Notes under the pieces: model-generated
What the model saw: only the letters and a program-made list of their open reading frames with translations
The model's database searches: none
What the model was told of the DNA's origin: nothing
Assembly: GCA_034780895.1 (NCBI GenBank)
Contig: JAUZTB010000066.1
Coordinates: 11,781,342-11,845,152 of the forward strand
Direction: 5' to 3'
Length of the DNA stretch: 63,811 nt
DNA from: Rhynchobatus australiae
Taxonomy: Eukaryota
In this document: piece after piece, positions 1-13,548 of the stretch
How positions within the stretch are numbered: position 1 is the stretch's first letter
How the letters are laid out: the number at the start of each line of letters is the position of its first letter
Translations under genes and position numbers: made by a program

Positions 1-1540
1 AGGATTGTAATACATGTAGGCACCAATGACATCAGCAGGAAAAGAAAAAGAGGTTGTGCATAATTGGTATGAGTAGCTGGGCATCAAATTAAGAAACAAT
101 CTTAAAGGTGATAATTTCTGTGCTATTACTTGAGTCACTTGCAAATTGGCATAGGACAAATACTGTTCAAGGAATGATCCTGTGATGTGAAGCCTGATCT
201 GCTAGAAGTGGGTTCTCATTCATGGTGCATTGGCACCAGTAAAGCGGGAAGTGAAGACTGTACCACTTGGGTGGTCTAACGTGAACTATGCTAAGACCTT
301 TGTTTTAATGAGTCATGTAACTTGGCAAGCAGGGAGCATTTTAGATCGGCTAAGGGGTCAAAGTCGCAAGAATAAATCAAAGAGTAGTGCAAAGCAGTGG
401 TGTTAGTAGTGCCATTGCTTCATAGCTCCAGTGACCCAGCTTCAATCCTGACCTCCAGTGCCATCTGTGTGGAGCTTGCATGTTTTCCCTTTGACTCTGT
501 GAGTTTCCCCTGGGTACTCTGGTTTCTTCCCATATCCCAAAATCGTGCAGGGTGGTAGGTTAATCGGCCACTGTAAATTGTTCCTAGTGTGCAGCTGGGT
601 GGTAGAACCGGGGGGCTGGAGGAGTTGATGGGAATGTGAGGGAATAAAATGGGATTAGTGTTAATAGGTGTATGACAGTGGTGCAGACGTGATGGGCCAA
701 AAGGCCTGTTTCCATTCTGTACAATTCCATGACAAAGCAAGAGAGAATACTGTCCTGGCAAATGATAACGCTTATGAAATAGAGAGGACAAATCTAAGAG
801 TAAATCAGTAGATAAGGACAGAGATTACAAAAAAATATAAAAGAACAAAGTTAATGGCTCTCTATCTGAATGCATGTAGCATTTGAAATGGGACAGATGA
901 ACCAAGCATGCAGATAGAAATATTTATGATATGAGAGCTATTATAGAGATATGATAGCAGGATGACTTAGAGTGGGACCTGAATATTGAACAGCAGGAAG
1001 GACAGCAAGCTAGGAAAAGGTGGAGGTGTGCCTCTTACTTAATGATAGTCTTGACACGCTAGAGAGGGATGACCTAAGTTCAGGAGACTAGGATGTAGAA
1101 GTTGTTTGGATGGAGATGACAAATGATAATGGAAAAAGTCACTTGTGCGAGGGGCGTACAGACCCCTTGAACAGAAACCACATGGTAGGATGGATTGTAA
1201 AGGAAGAATTAAGGGGATTGAAAGATACAAGATCACGAGGGGTCTTAAAGTGCATGTGGAGAGGATGTTTCCTTTTGTGGAACAATCTAGAACTAAGGGT
1301 TTAAGACAGATAAGGTGAAATCTGTCAGAGAGCTGTGAGTCTTTGGAACTCAATTGTGGTGGAAGTAGAATCTTTGACTATTTTTAAAGCAGAAGTAGAA
1401 ATGTGTGATAAGCAAGAAACTTAAAGGTTGCTGGGTGTAGACAGGAGTATAGAGTTGAAGTTACAGTGAGATCAGCTGTGATCTCATTCAGTGATGGAGC
1501 CGCCTCAAGTGACCTTCACCTGTGTCTAGCTCACATGTTC
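1..1540 (+). mobile_element. Degenerate CR1-like LINE, internally deleted (ORF1 esterase remnant, endonuclease start, 3' end), interrupted by a SINE
   Basis: IHVGTNDI (SGNH-type ORF1 block) at about 10-33; LYLNACSI endonuclease start at about 858-882; CR1-type 3' sequence at about 1250-1540; many stops. Confidence 0.7.
397..732 (+). mobile_element. HE1/V-SINE-like tRNA-derived SINE with possible 7-bp TSD (caaagca at 390-396 and 733-739)
   Basis: tRNA-like head, V-core (tgtgtggagcttgcatgttttccc...ctctggtttcttcccatatccc), LINE-derived tail gatgggccaaaaggcctgtttcc. Confidence 0.8.
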
Positions 1541-2919
1541 TGATTATATTGCAGCATTTTATGAAAGTAGTTGTCAAAAATACAAAATGAGTAAAAGAGT
1601 GCATGGGCAGACTAGTGTTTCGTGGGTGATCTGTTCCACCTTATTCAGCCTGTTGTCAATACATTTGTTAATAGTGAAAGGCTTTTTATTTTGAAGGAGG
1701 GCAGAGCAATCAACATCATTTTACATAAAAATTAGGAAGAGCAAGTTGAGGGCAGCCTCAGATTGGTGACACCATAATGTGCGAAAAACTCACCTGCATC
1801 AAATTTTGATCAGACCAACCAAACAACGACATTGAAAACCCCACTTGACTATTTTCTGATCTAATTCTCCATCGCGACTTGTGTTTTGACTATTGACAGC
1901 ATGTTGAGGGAATCTTTTTGGAATAATTAGTCATTGTGTTTATCACTGAAGTTTATTACTGTGGAACCTTTTCATTCCAAAATAGTAGATAGGGTCTTGG
2001 GCTTAATTCAAAAGACAGTCCTTTTAGTCATTACAGCATGCTTCTCTGCACTACAGTAAAGTGTTAGACAAAATGGTTGGTTTAGTTCTCTAGAGTAGGT
2101 CTTGAGCTCAGTATCTTTTGATTTGAGATTGAGAGTGTTTCCACTTTACCGAGATTTATTTATTCTCTATAAGCTGTTCTGAGTCGCGTTGCATTAATAA
2201 TCTTGTTAGTAATTTTTTTGTTGTTATGCGTTCACATTGTCTAATTATGAGTCATGATGGTAATGTGTTGTGGAATAAATGCCATCTCAGGTGGAAAAAC
2301 CTGCTTGGTTGAAGTTCCCACCAGTATTTTCCAATCAGAACCACTGTGTTTAATAAGTAGGGTTGACTCTCCAGTGTTAAGTTAACCAGTAACCCCAGTG
2401 TTCTTGTTTTAAATTTACTGACATAATTTAGTAATCCTAAAGATTTTCTGTCAGAAATTTATTTTTGAAGCACAACATAGTCAGTGTGATGATTTATGAG
2501 ATGAAATTTGCAAGTTTTATGGCCTAAGGTCACATAGAAACCTTTTTGTGATGCATATTTTTCCTGTGGGTCCAATTTTGAATTTTGATCTGCTCCTTTA
2601 CCTGACATTCTGAGCATCATAACCTCACAAATAATAGGTTATAACCCAAGGCATGTTTATTGAGACTTGGGGCATGCTCATGGTTCTGCACCAGTATTGT
2701 GTTACATTTAATATGTGGGAGCTGCTGTAAAAATATGAGGGGTTTCACAGTAGTCTGTCACAAATTTGACTTGGAAGTTGGTGGCCTTTGTTGAGTTGCT
2801 GATGCAGGCAAAGCTTGGAACTTGTAATTTAATGATGCATGGATAATTTTTGTGATTATAAAACAAAGCTTCTGTGGAAGTTGAGGTTGGTAACTAGCTA
2901 CAGTACTACTCTAATGCAC

Positions 2920-3292
2920 AATAGTAGTGTGGTGGTTAAGTTACTAGCCTAGCGGTCAGCAACGTGGACTATTGATCCAGAGAAGAGATCAAATCCTGCC
3001 ACAGCAATTAGTAAACTTAAATTTAAGTGATTAAAAGGAGCTAGAATTTTTTTTTAAGTACAGCTGGTCTCAGTCACAGTAAACAATGAAACTACATGAT
3101 TATCATTAAACAAAAGCATGTGGTTCAAAATGTTCTTTAGGGAAGGGAATCTGTTTTCCTTGCCTGGTCTTGCTTATGTGACCCCAAATTCACCAATATA
3201 GTTAACTCTTGGCTTCCTCCTGAGTCCAGGAGTGATTAGAGATGAATAATAAATACTGACATTGCCAGCACCATCCACATCCTGTGAATTAA
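2920..3292 (+). mobile_element. Ancient elasmobranch tRNA-derived SINE (SacSINE1-like)
   Basis: gtggtggttaag head, ttctttagggaagggaatctg core, aataaatactgacattgccagc...ccacatcc tail; homologous copies at about 22990-23340 (-) and 60915-61255 (+). Confidence 0.6.
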
Positions 3293-4322
3293 TACTTCTT
3301 TTAAAAAAAGTATATTTTTATATATTGCCGCAAGCATTCAAAAACATATGCCAAGGATATAATATTTTATGGCTGGCTGTCATTCTCAATGCTGCCTGAA
3401 AAGCTAAAAAGCTGAGTTTTGTTATTGTATTGAATAGCAGTAGCTGGAACCTCAANNNNNNNNNNNNNNNNNNNNNNNNNNNNNNNNNNNNNNNNNNNNN
3501 NNNNNNNNNNNNNNNNNNNNNNNNNNNNNNNNNNNNNNNNNNNNNNNNNNNNNNNNNNNNNNNNNNNNNNNNNNNNNNNNNNNNNNNNNNNNNNNNNNNN
3601 NNNNNNNNNNNNNNNNNNNNNNNNCAGAACCTTTACAGCACAGGAGGTAGTCATTCAACCCAGCGAATCATTGTCAGGTCTTTGTTGAGCAATCTAGTCA
3701 GTCCCAGTCCCCAGCTCTTTCCTCTTTGCTTGCAAATTATTTTCCCTCTTCCACTGATTCCACTCCATTGTACAGGGATAGAGTCTTAAATAATAGTAAA
3801 TCTGCATAAAGTAAAAGTTTATCCTTGCACTCCAGTGTATCCATTGCCTATCACTTCAAATCTCTGTCCCCAGTCCTTGAAGTGGAATTCCTGAAATTGC
3901 TGTGCCCATCAAGGATCATTTAAATTGGGCAAGGCTGGAGGTTCCATTTTCAAAAGGGGAATACAGCTATATGTACCCTTAAATGAGTAGCTTTTGCAAT
4001 CCTTTTCACTGTGATATTAAAAACTTGGCATGGAATTGTTTGAATGTTTCAAACTGTTGAATTGATTTCTGCACTTTTCTTCTCAGGCCCCCCTCAGACT
4101 TCCTCTCTTGCTTTACTGGTCCCCTCTCTCAATATCTATCAAATTTCCCTTATAAAGTATTTATAGACTCAATAATCAATTGTTGCAGTATATTTCACCC
4201 TTTGTATAAAGATTATATTTCTCTAATTTAATGTAGGTTTTAAGAACACAGCAATTTAAATTCTGTCAATAGCCTGTAAAGATCTGTTATGCTAATTTTA
4301 TTTTTTTGTACTTTGGTTGCAG

Positions 4323-4363
4323 CTTCATGTTCCCAGTATCAGGGGGATTAGTTCCTCCCCAAG
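4323..4363 (+). CDS. SYNRG: SYNRG coding exon 2 (41 nt; FMFPVSGGLVPPQ)
   Basis: ttgcAG|CTTCATGTTC...CCCCAAG|GTatgt; matches the N-terminal FMFPVAGGIRPPQ segment; phase 2 to phase 1. Confidence 0.9.
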
Positions 4364-7260
4364 GTATGTATGGCAATGCTGCAATTCTACCATGCATATC
4401 TTGATNNNNNNNNNNNNNNNNNNNNNNNNNNNTGTGACCCATTATGTATCCTGTGTTGTTCTATTGCCATCAATCTTTTAACCACTCATTACAATGCCCT
4501 AGTTTTGCATGTATTTCTTTTAATGCATTCATGAGTTCTAAATAAATTATTCTTCAGTTGATGGATTTGGTATATAAAGTAGATTAAAATTGGGAAATGC
4601 ATAATAAGATAAGATTTCTTTATTAGTCACATGTACATCGAAAAACAAAGCAAGATGCATCTTCGCGTAAAATGTTCTGAGGGCAGCCTGCAAGTGTCGC
4701 CACGCTTCTGGCATATATATGTAAATATATATGTTCTCCATATATATGTTGTTTTTTGTACAGTAATGGAAATGGTACTGAGATTAGTTGCTGTTGGTGA
4801 TGCTTTTGGTAATGAGTGAAAGAATTCATTCATGATCCCTTTCTTTTCACTACACCCTCACCTCCTGATGCTCATCACTTAAAATGAACTAAGCAATGAA
4901 CCTTGTGTTCCTTTTCCTTTCCTCCATTGCTGTCATTTGGCACCCCACCATACATGCAAGAAGTCAGAATCTCATTGATGACGAGATATAGTTTGGTATA
5001 GCCAAGTTTTCTGCTTTTTTCCAGTAGCTTTCTCATGTTCACCTATGGACACATTTTCCATACATAGGTTAAATTTCTCCTAAATTAACATCTGCGTCCA
5101 TATTCTCTGCTATCCATGGGTTAGCATGACACAGTTTAATAATTAACCTTAAGTCTCAGCAAAACACTTACCAGAAAACACATTCACCCTAGAACGTGTT
5201 TTTTTAAAAAAAACTTCTGCACTGAGTATGAAATATGTGCAAGATTTAACTACAGATAAAATAAAATGCTAATATATTTTGCATAGACTGAAGTGGCAGC
5301 ACCAGTACTTCCTTTACTACTTATATAGTTATTTGTGTTTTGTACATTAAATTAGAGTGAAAGGAAAGAACATCTTGAATTTGTTTTTTTTTAATTGCAC
5401 ATGACAACACTCTTCAGCAAATAAGGTAGGAGCAGATTTCTTTAGTGATTGAAGTGTTGATAGGATTAAAATTGGTATCTCATTGTTAATGATCACTTGC
5501 ATCTTTCCATATGAGGAGGCAGCTTCTCATAACGCAACCAGAAAAGGAGGCCATTTAGGATCTCATGTCTGTGTCTGCTCATTAAATTCTCTAAATCCTC
5601 TCTGCCCGTATATTCCCTATATCTTAATAAGTTTTCAATTTTTGGCTATTTATTTGAATCACATTTAATAGTAGTAATGATCTTATCTCTGTCCTTGCTT
5701 CTCATAGAGTATTTCGTTAAGATAAATAATTTTTAGCATATTTACTTAGTCATGTAAAAGTTAAATTTATCTTATGAAGTCCCCTTTAAAGCACCCCTGA
5801 CTTGTCTCTTGTATTATGTAAAGAACTCCCTTTTATTAAAATAAAAGCAGAAAGTGCTAGAAACACTCAACTGTTCAGGCAGCATTTGTGGAAAGCTTCA
5901 AGTTGAAAATCCTTTGTCAGAACTTGGATTGTGTTCTTGTGAAGAACCTTGTATTTAGTATTGAGGTATGCAAATCTAAGTTTTACCTCTGCTTTTTGTA
6001 TATTATAAAACTTGCAATATTTCAGAAGATTTTCATTACCAGAAAATGTTCCACTTTTAAACTGGTGTAAGCCTTAGTTACTCTACTTTTCTACTCCTTT
6101 CTAAGTTTTTGTTAGTGCGAAGAGGAAACATGCAAATTCTTTTTATCATGTACCATATGTTTCTGTAAAATTTCAGCCAGTATAAATTTATCCACTTTAC
6201 TATTCTGTAACCTTCTGAAATCATATACATAAGAACATAGGAGCTAGGAGAAGGTTAGGCCATACAGCCCCTTGTTTCTATTCTGCCATTCAATGACTGT
6301 AGCTGAAGTTGTACCAGTGATACCTTCCTGCACCAACCCTCATGTCCCTTAATATCAACAGTCATCACACTTCATATTTTTGTGAGATGAACAGTTTTCT
6401 TTATCATTATTCATTAGAGTCCAGATTGCCTGACTGGCTCCGCTGTTTAGAGGTCCTCAGTTTAAACAAATATTCAATAACCATTCACCTCTTAGTTCAG
6501 CCGTTTTAACTTTCTCCTATCCATGATTCCATATTTCTTTGTAAGTGAAAAAAGAAACACGGTTTACTTCAGTCAAAATGCCATCACTCTGATGTGCAAA
6601 AATTGCCACAAGGTTGAATTCACAAAAGAAAGACTATGTGGCATTCCTCGAAAATGGATAACTGACTGAATGTGGACCTAACACGAGCAATAATTGTATT
6701 TCATTCAGATTACTATGCTGAATCAGTTGTCCAAGACTGACTGCATGTGGTCCTTCAGAATCCATGCTGCCCTTTGCTTCTCTTGCCATGCAACAGATTT
6801 CCAATATTCATCCGAGAGGCATACAAATAGATGCCCTTTTCAACGGGAATTTATTTTCAATTGCAGACATTTTTCATAACACCACTTTTGTAATGTTCCA
6901 AGTTAAACTGCACAGTCTTTGCCACCTTTCCAATTCACTACATGCTGATCAGTGGAATTTGTGACTATCAGTGCAATTTGTGACAATCATTGCAACTCCT
7001 GCAAGAGGTTTGCAGTTCAAAGCAGGAAGAAATATCATCCTCTGATATGTTCTATCTTGTAAATATTTATTCTTATCATTGCTCTCTGCAGTGGCTGTAT
7101 AAATTAATGGCACAGGCATTATGAATATAGCCGGAATTGACACTGATTCTAGCCACATTTTCGATGATCAAAGGGAATTTAAGAAGTTGTAGGCCTGAAG
7201 TTTCCAATGAGGACTTGGGTGAAGCTATCTGATTCCCCATTATAATAGACAATATCTGGA

Positions 7261-7775
7261 CCATAAGACACAGGAGCAGGATCAGGCCATTCAGCCCATC
7301 GAGTCTGTTCCGCCATTCGATTATGGCTGATTTATTTTTCCTTCTCAACCCCATTCTCCTGCCTTGTCCCCGTAACCTTTGACACCCTTATTAATCAAGA
7401 ACCTATCAACCTCCGATTTATATATACACAATGACTTGGTCTCCACAGCCATCTGTGGCAACAAGTACCACAGATTCACCACCCTCTGGCTAAAGAAATT
7501 CCTCCTCATCTCTGTTCTAAAGGGATGNNNNNNNNNNNNNNNNNNNNNNNNNNNNNNNNNNNNNNNNNNNNNNNNNNNNNNNNNNNNNNNNNNNNNNNNN
7601 NNNNNNNNNNNNNNNNNNNNNNNNNNNGTACCACAGATTCACCACCCTCTGGCTAAAGAAATTCCTCCTCATCTCTGTTCTAAAGGGATGTCCTTCTACT
7701 CTAAGGCTGTATCCTCTGGTCCTGGACTCTGCCACTACTGGAAACATCCTCTCTATGTCTACCCTATCCACACCT
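7261..7775 (-). mobile_element. Relatively young CR1-like LINE 3' fragment
   Basis: Minus ORF 7517..7879 reads ERMFPVVAESRTRGYSLRV..FRTEMRRNFFSQRVVNLW (CR1 ORF2 C-terminus), followed by the 3' UTR tail. Confidence 0.85.
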
Positions 7776-8039
7776 TTCAATTTGACAGCAACTAATGGAG
7801 TATACACATGAGCAGTTAAATTCAAATTTGCAATCAGCAGCCCTCCATTGGGTGCCTTTTCTACTCTTTGCAAGGTCATTGAAAATTAATTTGGTAAATT
7901 CATGGAAACTTCATTTTATGTATTGCCCTTGCTGTAATAAAAGCAGTAAAAACATTATATATTATGGAATGAGGTATAACTAAGTTATTATTAGCCCACT
8001 AGGCCATAATTGTTAAACGGCATCTCTGCCAGCCCCAAC

Positions 8040-8985
8040 AAGATTCTGCCACTCCTTTCAGCATTTCACAGGGATTGCTCTCTATAGACGACTTTCTGGT
8101 CTGCTTATCCATCCCCATCAACTATTCCCTGTCTTATCACATTTTCCCATTGCAGCCACAGGGGATGGAACACCAGTCCTTTCACCTCTTCCCTTCCCAC
8201 CATCCAGGGAGTCAAATAGTCTTTCTAGGTGAGGCAGTGATTTCCCTGCACTGCTTCCAGTCAAATGTACTATATTCAGTATTTACAGAGTAGTCTCCCT
8301 CCCCTACAGTGGAGAAACCAAACGCAGATTGGGTGCTCACTCTATGGAGCACCTGTGTTCAGTCTACAAAAGTGATCCTGAGCTTCGTATTGCCTGCCAT
8401 TTTAATTCTCCATTCCACTCCCACTCTGACCTGTCTATCTGTGGCCTCCTGAGCAGTTACACAGCAAAGTCCAAAGCAAGCTTGAGGAACAGCTGCCAAT
8501 CTTCCATCTGAGCATATTGCAACTCTCTAGGCTCAATTTTGAATTCTGCAAATTTAGGTAACTCCCTTTTTCTTCCTTTCTATATCAGAACTGGCTATTT
8601 CTGCCAGTCATTCATCTGTAATATTGGCTTAGATTTTCCCTCTTTTTTTTGTAGCCAGGTCTGTGGGCACTTCCAACAGTTCTGTTATTAGCAATACATA
8701 ACACAGACAAAGAAACATAATGTGCTTCCAACCTCTGCATTTACTCATTTACCTCGTTTGGTTCGCCCTATCAGAGGTATTCCCTTTGATCTTTTCATCC
8801 CTTCCTGTCTTCCCTGAAAGTGAAAATTAATCTGTTTTCTCTGTTTTCCAGTTCTGGCAAAGGGTCTCAGACTTGAAACATGAACTCCTTTTCTCTTTCC
8901 ATAGATGCTGTCTGACCGGCTGAATGTTTCTTGCCTTTCTGTTTTTATTTCAGATTTCTGGTATCAGTAGTATTTTTGATTTTCA
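8040..8985 (+). mobile_element. Degenerate Penelope-like element (GIY-YIG remnant plus 3' terminal segment)
   Basis: tacagtggagaaaccaaacgcagattgggt = Y.GETKRRLG; terminal segment with ccatagatgctgtctgacc shared by many copies in the window. Confidence 0.7.
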
Positions 8986-9587
8986 AACCATAAAACTTGT
9001 TATTTTTATGTGTGGAGTCTAATTCTCCAAAATGATTATTTCTGAAAATTAGAATAACGTGTAAACATTTTAAATAATTAATTTCTAGATCTGTTGTAAT
9101 CCATGCATTTTGAAAATATTTTGTGAGTGTTTTATGCCAAAATAAACTATAATATTTAGAGCTTATTACTGACTGGTTTGCTGTCAGAATTCTTTGGTCT
9201 TTTATTGGCTGCTTAACTGGTTAAGGATACTTCACTTTTACTGGAGACCAAATTTCCTTACCCCCACCACCAACCCCACCTTAGTTATTCCCCTATTAAA
9301 AGTGGTAGTCAGCAATAAATGTCTGGAAAGGGAATGTCTGAGCTACAGAACCTGCTGAAAGTTTATGCAGAGGTGTCTTCATGTCAGTGGTGAATGTTGT
9401 TATTTTACTGAAAGTATATGCAGCTGAGTCATCAAAGCATGAATTTTGATTTTAAATTTGAAGCTGAAGTGCCTTTGTTATTTAAGCAGAAAGAATAATC
9501 TTCTTATTTCCACTTAGTGTTTTATGGTTATTTGTTAACTAGTTCTTCATATTTGTGATCTGCACTCTAATATATTACGGTCCTTGA

Positions 9588-10060
9588 CATAAGAACATAA
9601 AAAATAAACCACAACAGCCCCTTAAGCCTGCTTTGCCATGCAATAAGATCATGGATGATCTGACCATTAGTCATGACTCTGCATTCTTGTATGATTCTCC
9701 CATCGTCCAAAAATCCAGCACAGCCTTAAAGATACTTATGACAGCATCCTCGGCTCTCATCACAGAACACTAAAGATTCACAACCCGCCTGAGAAAGGAA
9801 ACCCCTCCTCATCTGAATCTTAAATGGCTGACCCCTTTATCCTGAAACTATCTCAGCATGTTCTAAATTCGTACTAAGCTATCCTCACAACATTAAGCTA
9901 TTACACAATCTTCTATGTTTCATTGAGGTCACCTCTCATTGTACTAAATTCCATAGAGCATGTGCCCATCCTGTTCAATTTGTTCTTGAAGAAAATCCCC
10001 TTATTTCAAAAAATTTTGGTGCATTGCCCTTAAGCCAAGTGTATCCCATGACTCTGTACA
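9588..10060 (-). mobile_element. Old CR1-like LINE 3' remnant
   Basis: cataagaacataa tail and reverse-strand similarity to the CR1 3' ends at 7261 and 30491. Confidence 0.55.
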
Positions 10061-10209
10061 GTACTTCAGGTGTCTTTTATGTTGCATTATTACACAAGAG
10101 GAAAAGGAGCCTCTCCAACCTTTGTCATCTCTTCTTCAAAAATGAGGTCACTCTAACCGGGTTGCACAGTTGACGTTTATATTTGTGCCCATTTGGAGTC
10201 ATGCTTCTC

Positions 10210-10880
10210 CAAAGGTCTTCTACTGACCTGCCCAACACGGCACAACACACCACCACTTGCCATCCTGGATCATAAAGGCTAACAAAGGAGACTCTGGAAA
10301 AGGTGGAGAGTGCATTCCATATCTGAAGAGCCACCTCTTGGGGAAAAGCAGCCATTTATGCTGAACTTCACCTCTGCCTCCAGTGCATTAGAACAGCCTT
10401 TGGCCTACTGAAGAAAAGACTGTTTGGATTTCAAAACCTCACACCTGCACTAAAGTCATTTTCCAATGGACAACAGTGACTGTGCACTTCAGAGACCTGG
10501 ACAACCTACACCAGGAGAGGTACTACCAGTGCTGTCTCCACACAATCCTCAGAATCTCCTGGCAGGGTAAGTGAACTAACAACACCGTCTTCTTGCAGGC
10601 CAATTATCTCCTGCATCAGAACTGTAGTTATATTCAGTAGCTCCAATGGGCATGCAAATGATAAGCCCTGCCCGATGCCAGATTCCTACTCTACTTCAAG
10701 CTCTATCATAGCAAGAGGGAGCTAGAAAACGCTTGTAGGGTGTTCTCAAAGCCACCCCGGAAAAATGTAATATCCACATCAACTTGCAGGAACCTCAGGC
10801 CATGACTGCTCAAAATGGAGAAGGAGCATCCAGGATGTATTGAAAACCTTGATTCCTTTCATTGGGAGAATGCAGAAGTT
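10210..10880 (+). mobile_element. Degenerate RTE-clade LINE remnant (RT C-terminal region)
   Basis: Frameshifted remnants of LEKVE.FPYL.SHL, LQC..TAFGLLKKRLF, ETWTTY, YYQCCL.TILRISWQ.K.TN, typical of RTE ORF C-termini. Confidence 0.6.
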
Positions 10881-13364
10881 TGGGAAAAGTGACCGAGCAT
10901 CATTGGTCAAGCGTCATCTATTCCATCTGTGGTAGAGTTTGCCAATCCTACGTGAGGCCCATCAGCCAACTCGGAATCCACAGAACTGAAATGGAAGTAA
11001 ATCATTCTCTGTTCTGTGGAAGTGCCTAAGAAGAAGGAGGTAATGTTGTNNNNNNNNNNGTTGTCAAAAGATGTATTTACCTTGCCCTCCAAACCCTTTG
11101 CAAGAAAGGTCAACAGGCCATTTGCCTACCTTATGCATCTGTGTGCTGACTTTGTTTCCCACCAGAGACACCTCTGTTTAATAATCTCATGCCATATGTT
11201 AATATTCTGCTTTTGATTTTCTCTTAAAGTGGGTAACATCAAATTTCCCCATATTATATCCACAACACAATTGTTTTGCGTATTCTCTTAATCTGTACAG
11301 CTTTGTATATCCTTCTTCCGTTGTACTTGCCCTTACCTGTCTTTCCATTATTAGAAAACTGAATTACATTACACTTGGTTCCTTTGTCTGTCATTAACAA
11401 AAAAAGATATTTTTCCCTATTACCTAAGGTATAACAGCTGGACTTCTTGACATCCTCTCTCCCCATTTTTGATCTAGGACATAGGTCAGGAGGAAGAACC
11501 AAATTAATATCAGCTAGTTCAGCATAAAGATAATACACAAAACATTTTGGTTCACGTACTGTTTAACAGTGTGCTTTCATCCTCAAGCCTTTTGTGGAAC
11601 TTGTACATTGCATGTTAATTTTATTTCCTTTCTCACTGTGTCCTTTGATTTCTAGAAAAAGCCAAAGGGTAACCACAACACAACCAGATGTCATCCTGTA
11701 GGATTTAATTTGTGTTATAATGTTGAATTATTTTCAACTAACAATGCAACGGTGTTTAGCAATATCCCAAACTGAAGTAGATTTGAGTTCAAGCATTTCT
11801 TGAAATCAGTAAATTGGAACAGCTTCCAGTGCCAGCAACACAAGCCTTGTGCAAGGTATTAGCCAAATTCAAAATCCTTTCTGACAAATGTAATCATAAA
11901 CTTGAACTTATAAGTTTGAAGCTATTGATAATGTTCAACATCAGCAAAGCACACTTGGTTGTGAGGCATCCTTTGAAGTTGCAGGAAATAGATAACATTT
12001 TTCTTTGGCCTTCCTTTTTTTTTTATTGACCAGAATTTTTCTCCTTGTCTAAGAGGCTATTTTAATATAACTTAATATGCCATTTCACGCTGTGACACTC
12101 CTTCCATTTAGTCACCTACAAGCCTGCAAATATATAGTGAGATGACAAATGTTGGCTGTAGATCAGCAAAGACACCTGTTACTTTGAGTCCCATCACGTA
12201 TGGTTATTTCTGCAGTTCCAAAATAATGGCTGGGTTTAGAAATACTAAATAATTTTACTTGGGTACATTAGTATCAATTTTAATGCCCTTTTATTTGTTT
12301 GAGCTGAGATTTAACTAACTCATTAACTATGCTACCATTGTATCATCTGTGCTAATATAGCTCATTACAAATGTGACCACACATCATTATTCTGTCCATA
12401 CAATTCAGCTTCTCTGATTTTTTTTGTTTGATTATTTAATCAAATTGGTTTATTTTATCAATCTTTTAGAGAAAGTGTTTAATATTCTCACCATACATAA
12501 TTGACTTCCCATGATATTGTAATCATAAATTTTCATTTATATTTTTTGGTGGCGTTTACATGATATTTGTGAAGCTTATTTAAAATTAATTATCAGATAT
12601 AAATGGGAAATGTCACATGTTACAATCTATTTGCAGTCAACTGTTATCATTTGTTACATATGCAGTGAGTTAATACTTGTTACTTTTCCATCTTTACTTA
12701 GGAAGCGGTGGGGTGGGTGGTGTTGTTTGGTTGGTGGATGAAAGAAGCTGAATAAAATGATCTTACCATTTACATACACCACAAAACCTCCAAAAAACCT
12801 TTGACATTTATTGGTTATGCCAAATAACTTGAAAAGTAGTAGATACAACCTGCACGTTGAAACTATGGATGTTCACACAAATTGCAAACTACAATTTAAA
12901 TTAAGCAATGTACAGGTCAGTGCCAGCTGGCAGCTGGTGCAATGGCGAGTTTTATACCTAGTGTCCAGAGCAATGGATCTATCTCTACAATTACTCNNNN
13001 NNNNNNNNNNNNNNNNNNNNNNNNNNNNNNNNNNNNNNNNNNNNNNNNNNNNNNNNNNCAACAAAGATCAGGATCTGCACTGAGCTACACGATATTTCAC
13101 CCCTCTTGGCTTGTAACAAATCTCTTCCCAGCCCTTTTAAATATGACCAGAATGTGCAGGGGGACTTCAAGCATTGCTCTGCAGGGCATTAAACCCCATT
13201 TTGGTTGCGATCTCCCAGACTTTGAGCAATCACCTAAGCCTTCTACTGGCAGTGTGATAGATCCCAGGATTACAAAATCCTTCCTCAGTGGAAGAGGATC
13301 CTGGGATGGGAATGATAGAAAATACATTGAAATCCCATCCTGCTGGCAGAGCTCCAGAACTTGA

Positions 13365-13548
13365 ATGAGCTGCCGGAGGAAATGGTTGAAACATTTAAAA
13401 GACACTTGGACAGGTAGATGGAGAGGAAGGGCTGAGAGGGAAATGGGCCAAATACAGACAAATGGGACTAACTTAGATGGGCAACTTGGTCAGCATATAC
13501 AAGTGGGCTGAAGGGCCTGTTTCTGTGCTGTATTACTCTATGACTCTA
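13365..13548 (+). mobile_element. CR1-like (HER1-type) LINE 3' end
   Basis: acatttaaaagacacttggacaggtagatgg...gaagggcctgtttctgtgctgtattactctatgactcta; same tail as the SINE at 397-732. Confidence 0.7.

Noticed and set aside
397-470. tRNA-like A/B box sequence
   Set aside because: It is a SINE head and does not form a full cloverleaf, so it is not a tRNA gene.
7465-7690. Exact 63-bp direct repeat (7465-7527 and 7628-7690)
   Set aside because: It flanks a 100-N gap inside one LINE, so it is an unmerged contig overlap. It also shows the assembly is imperfect.
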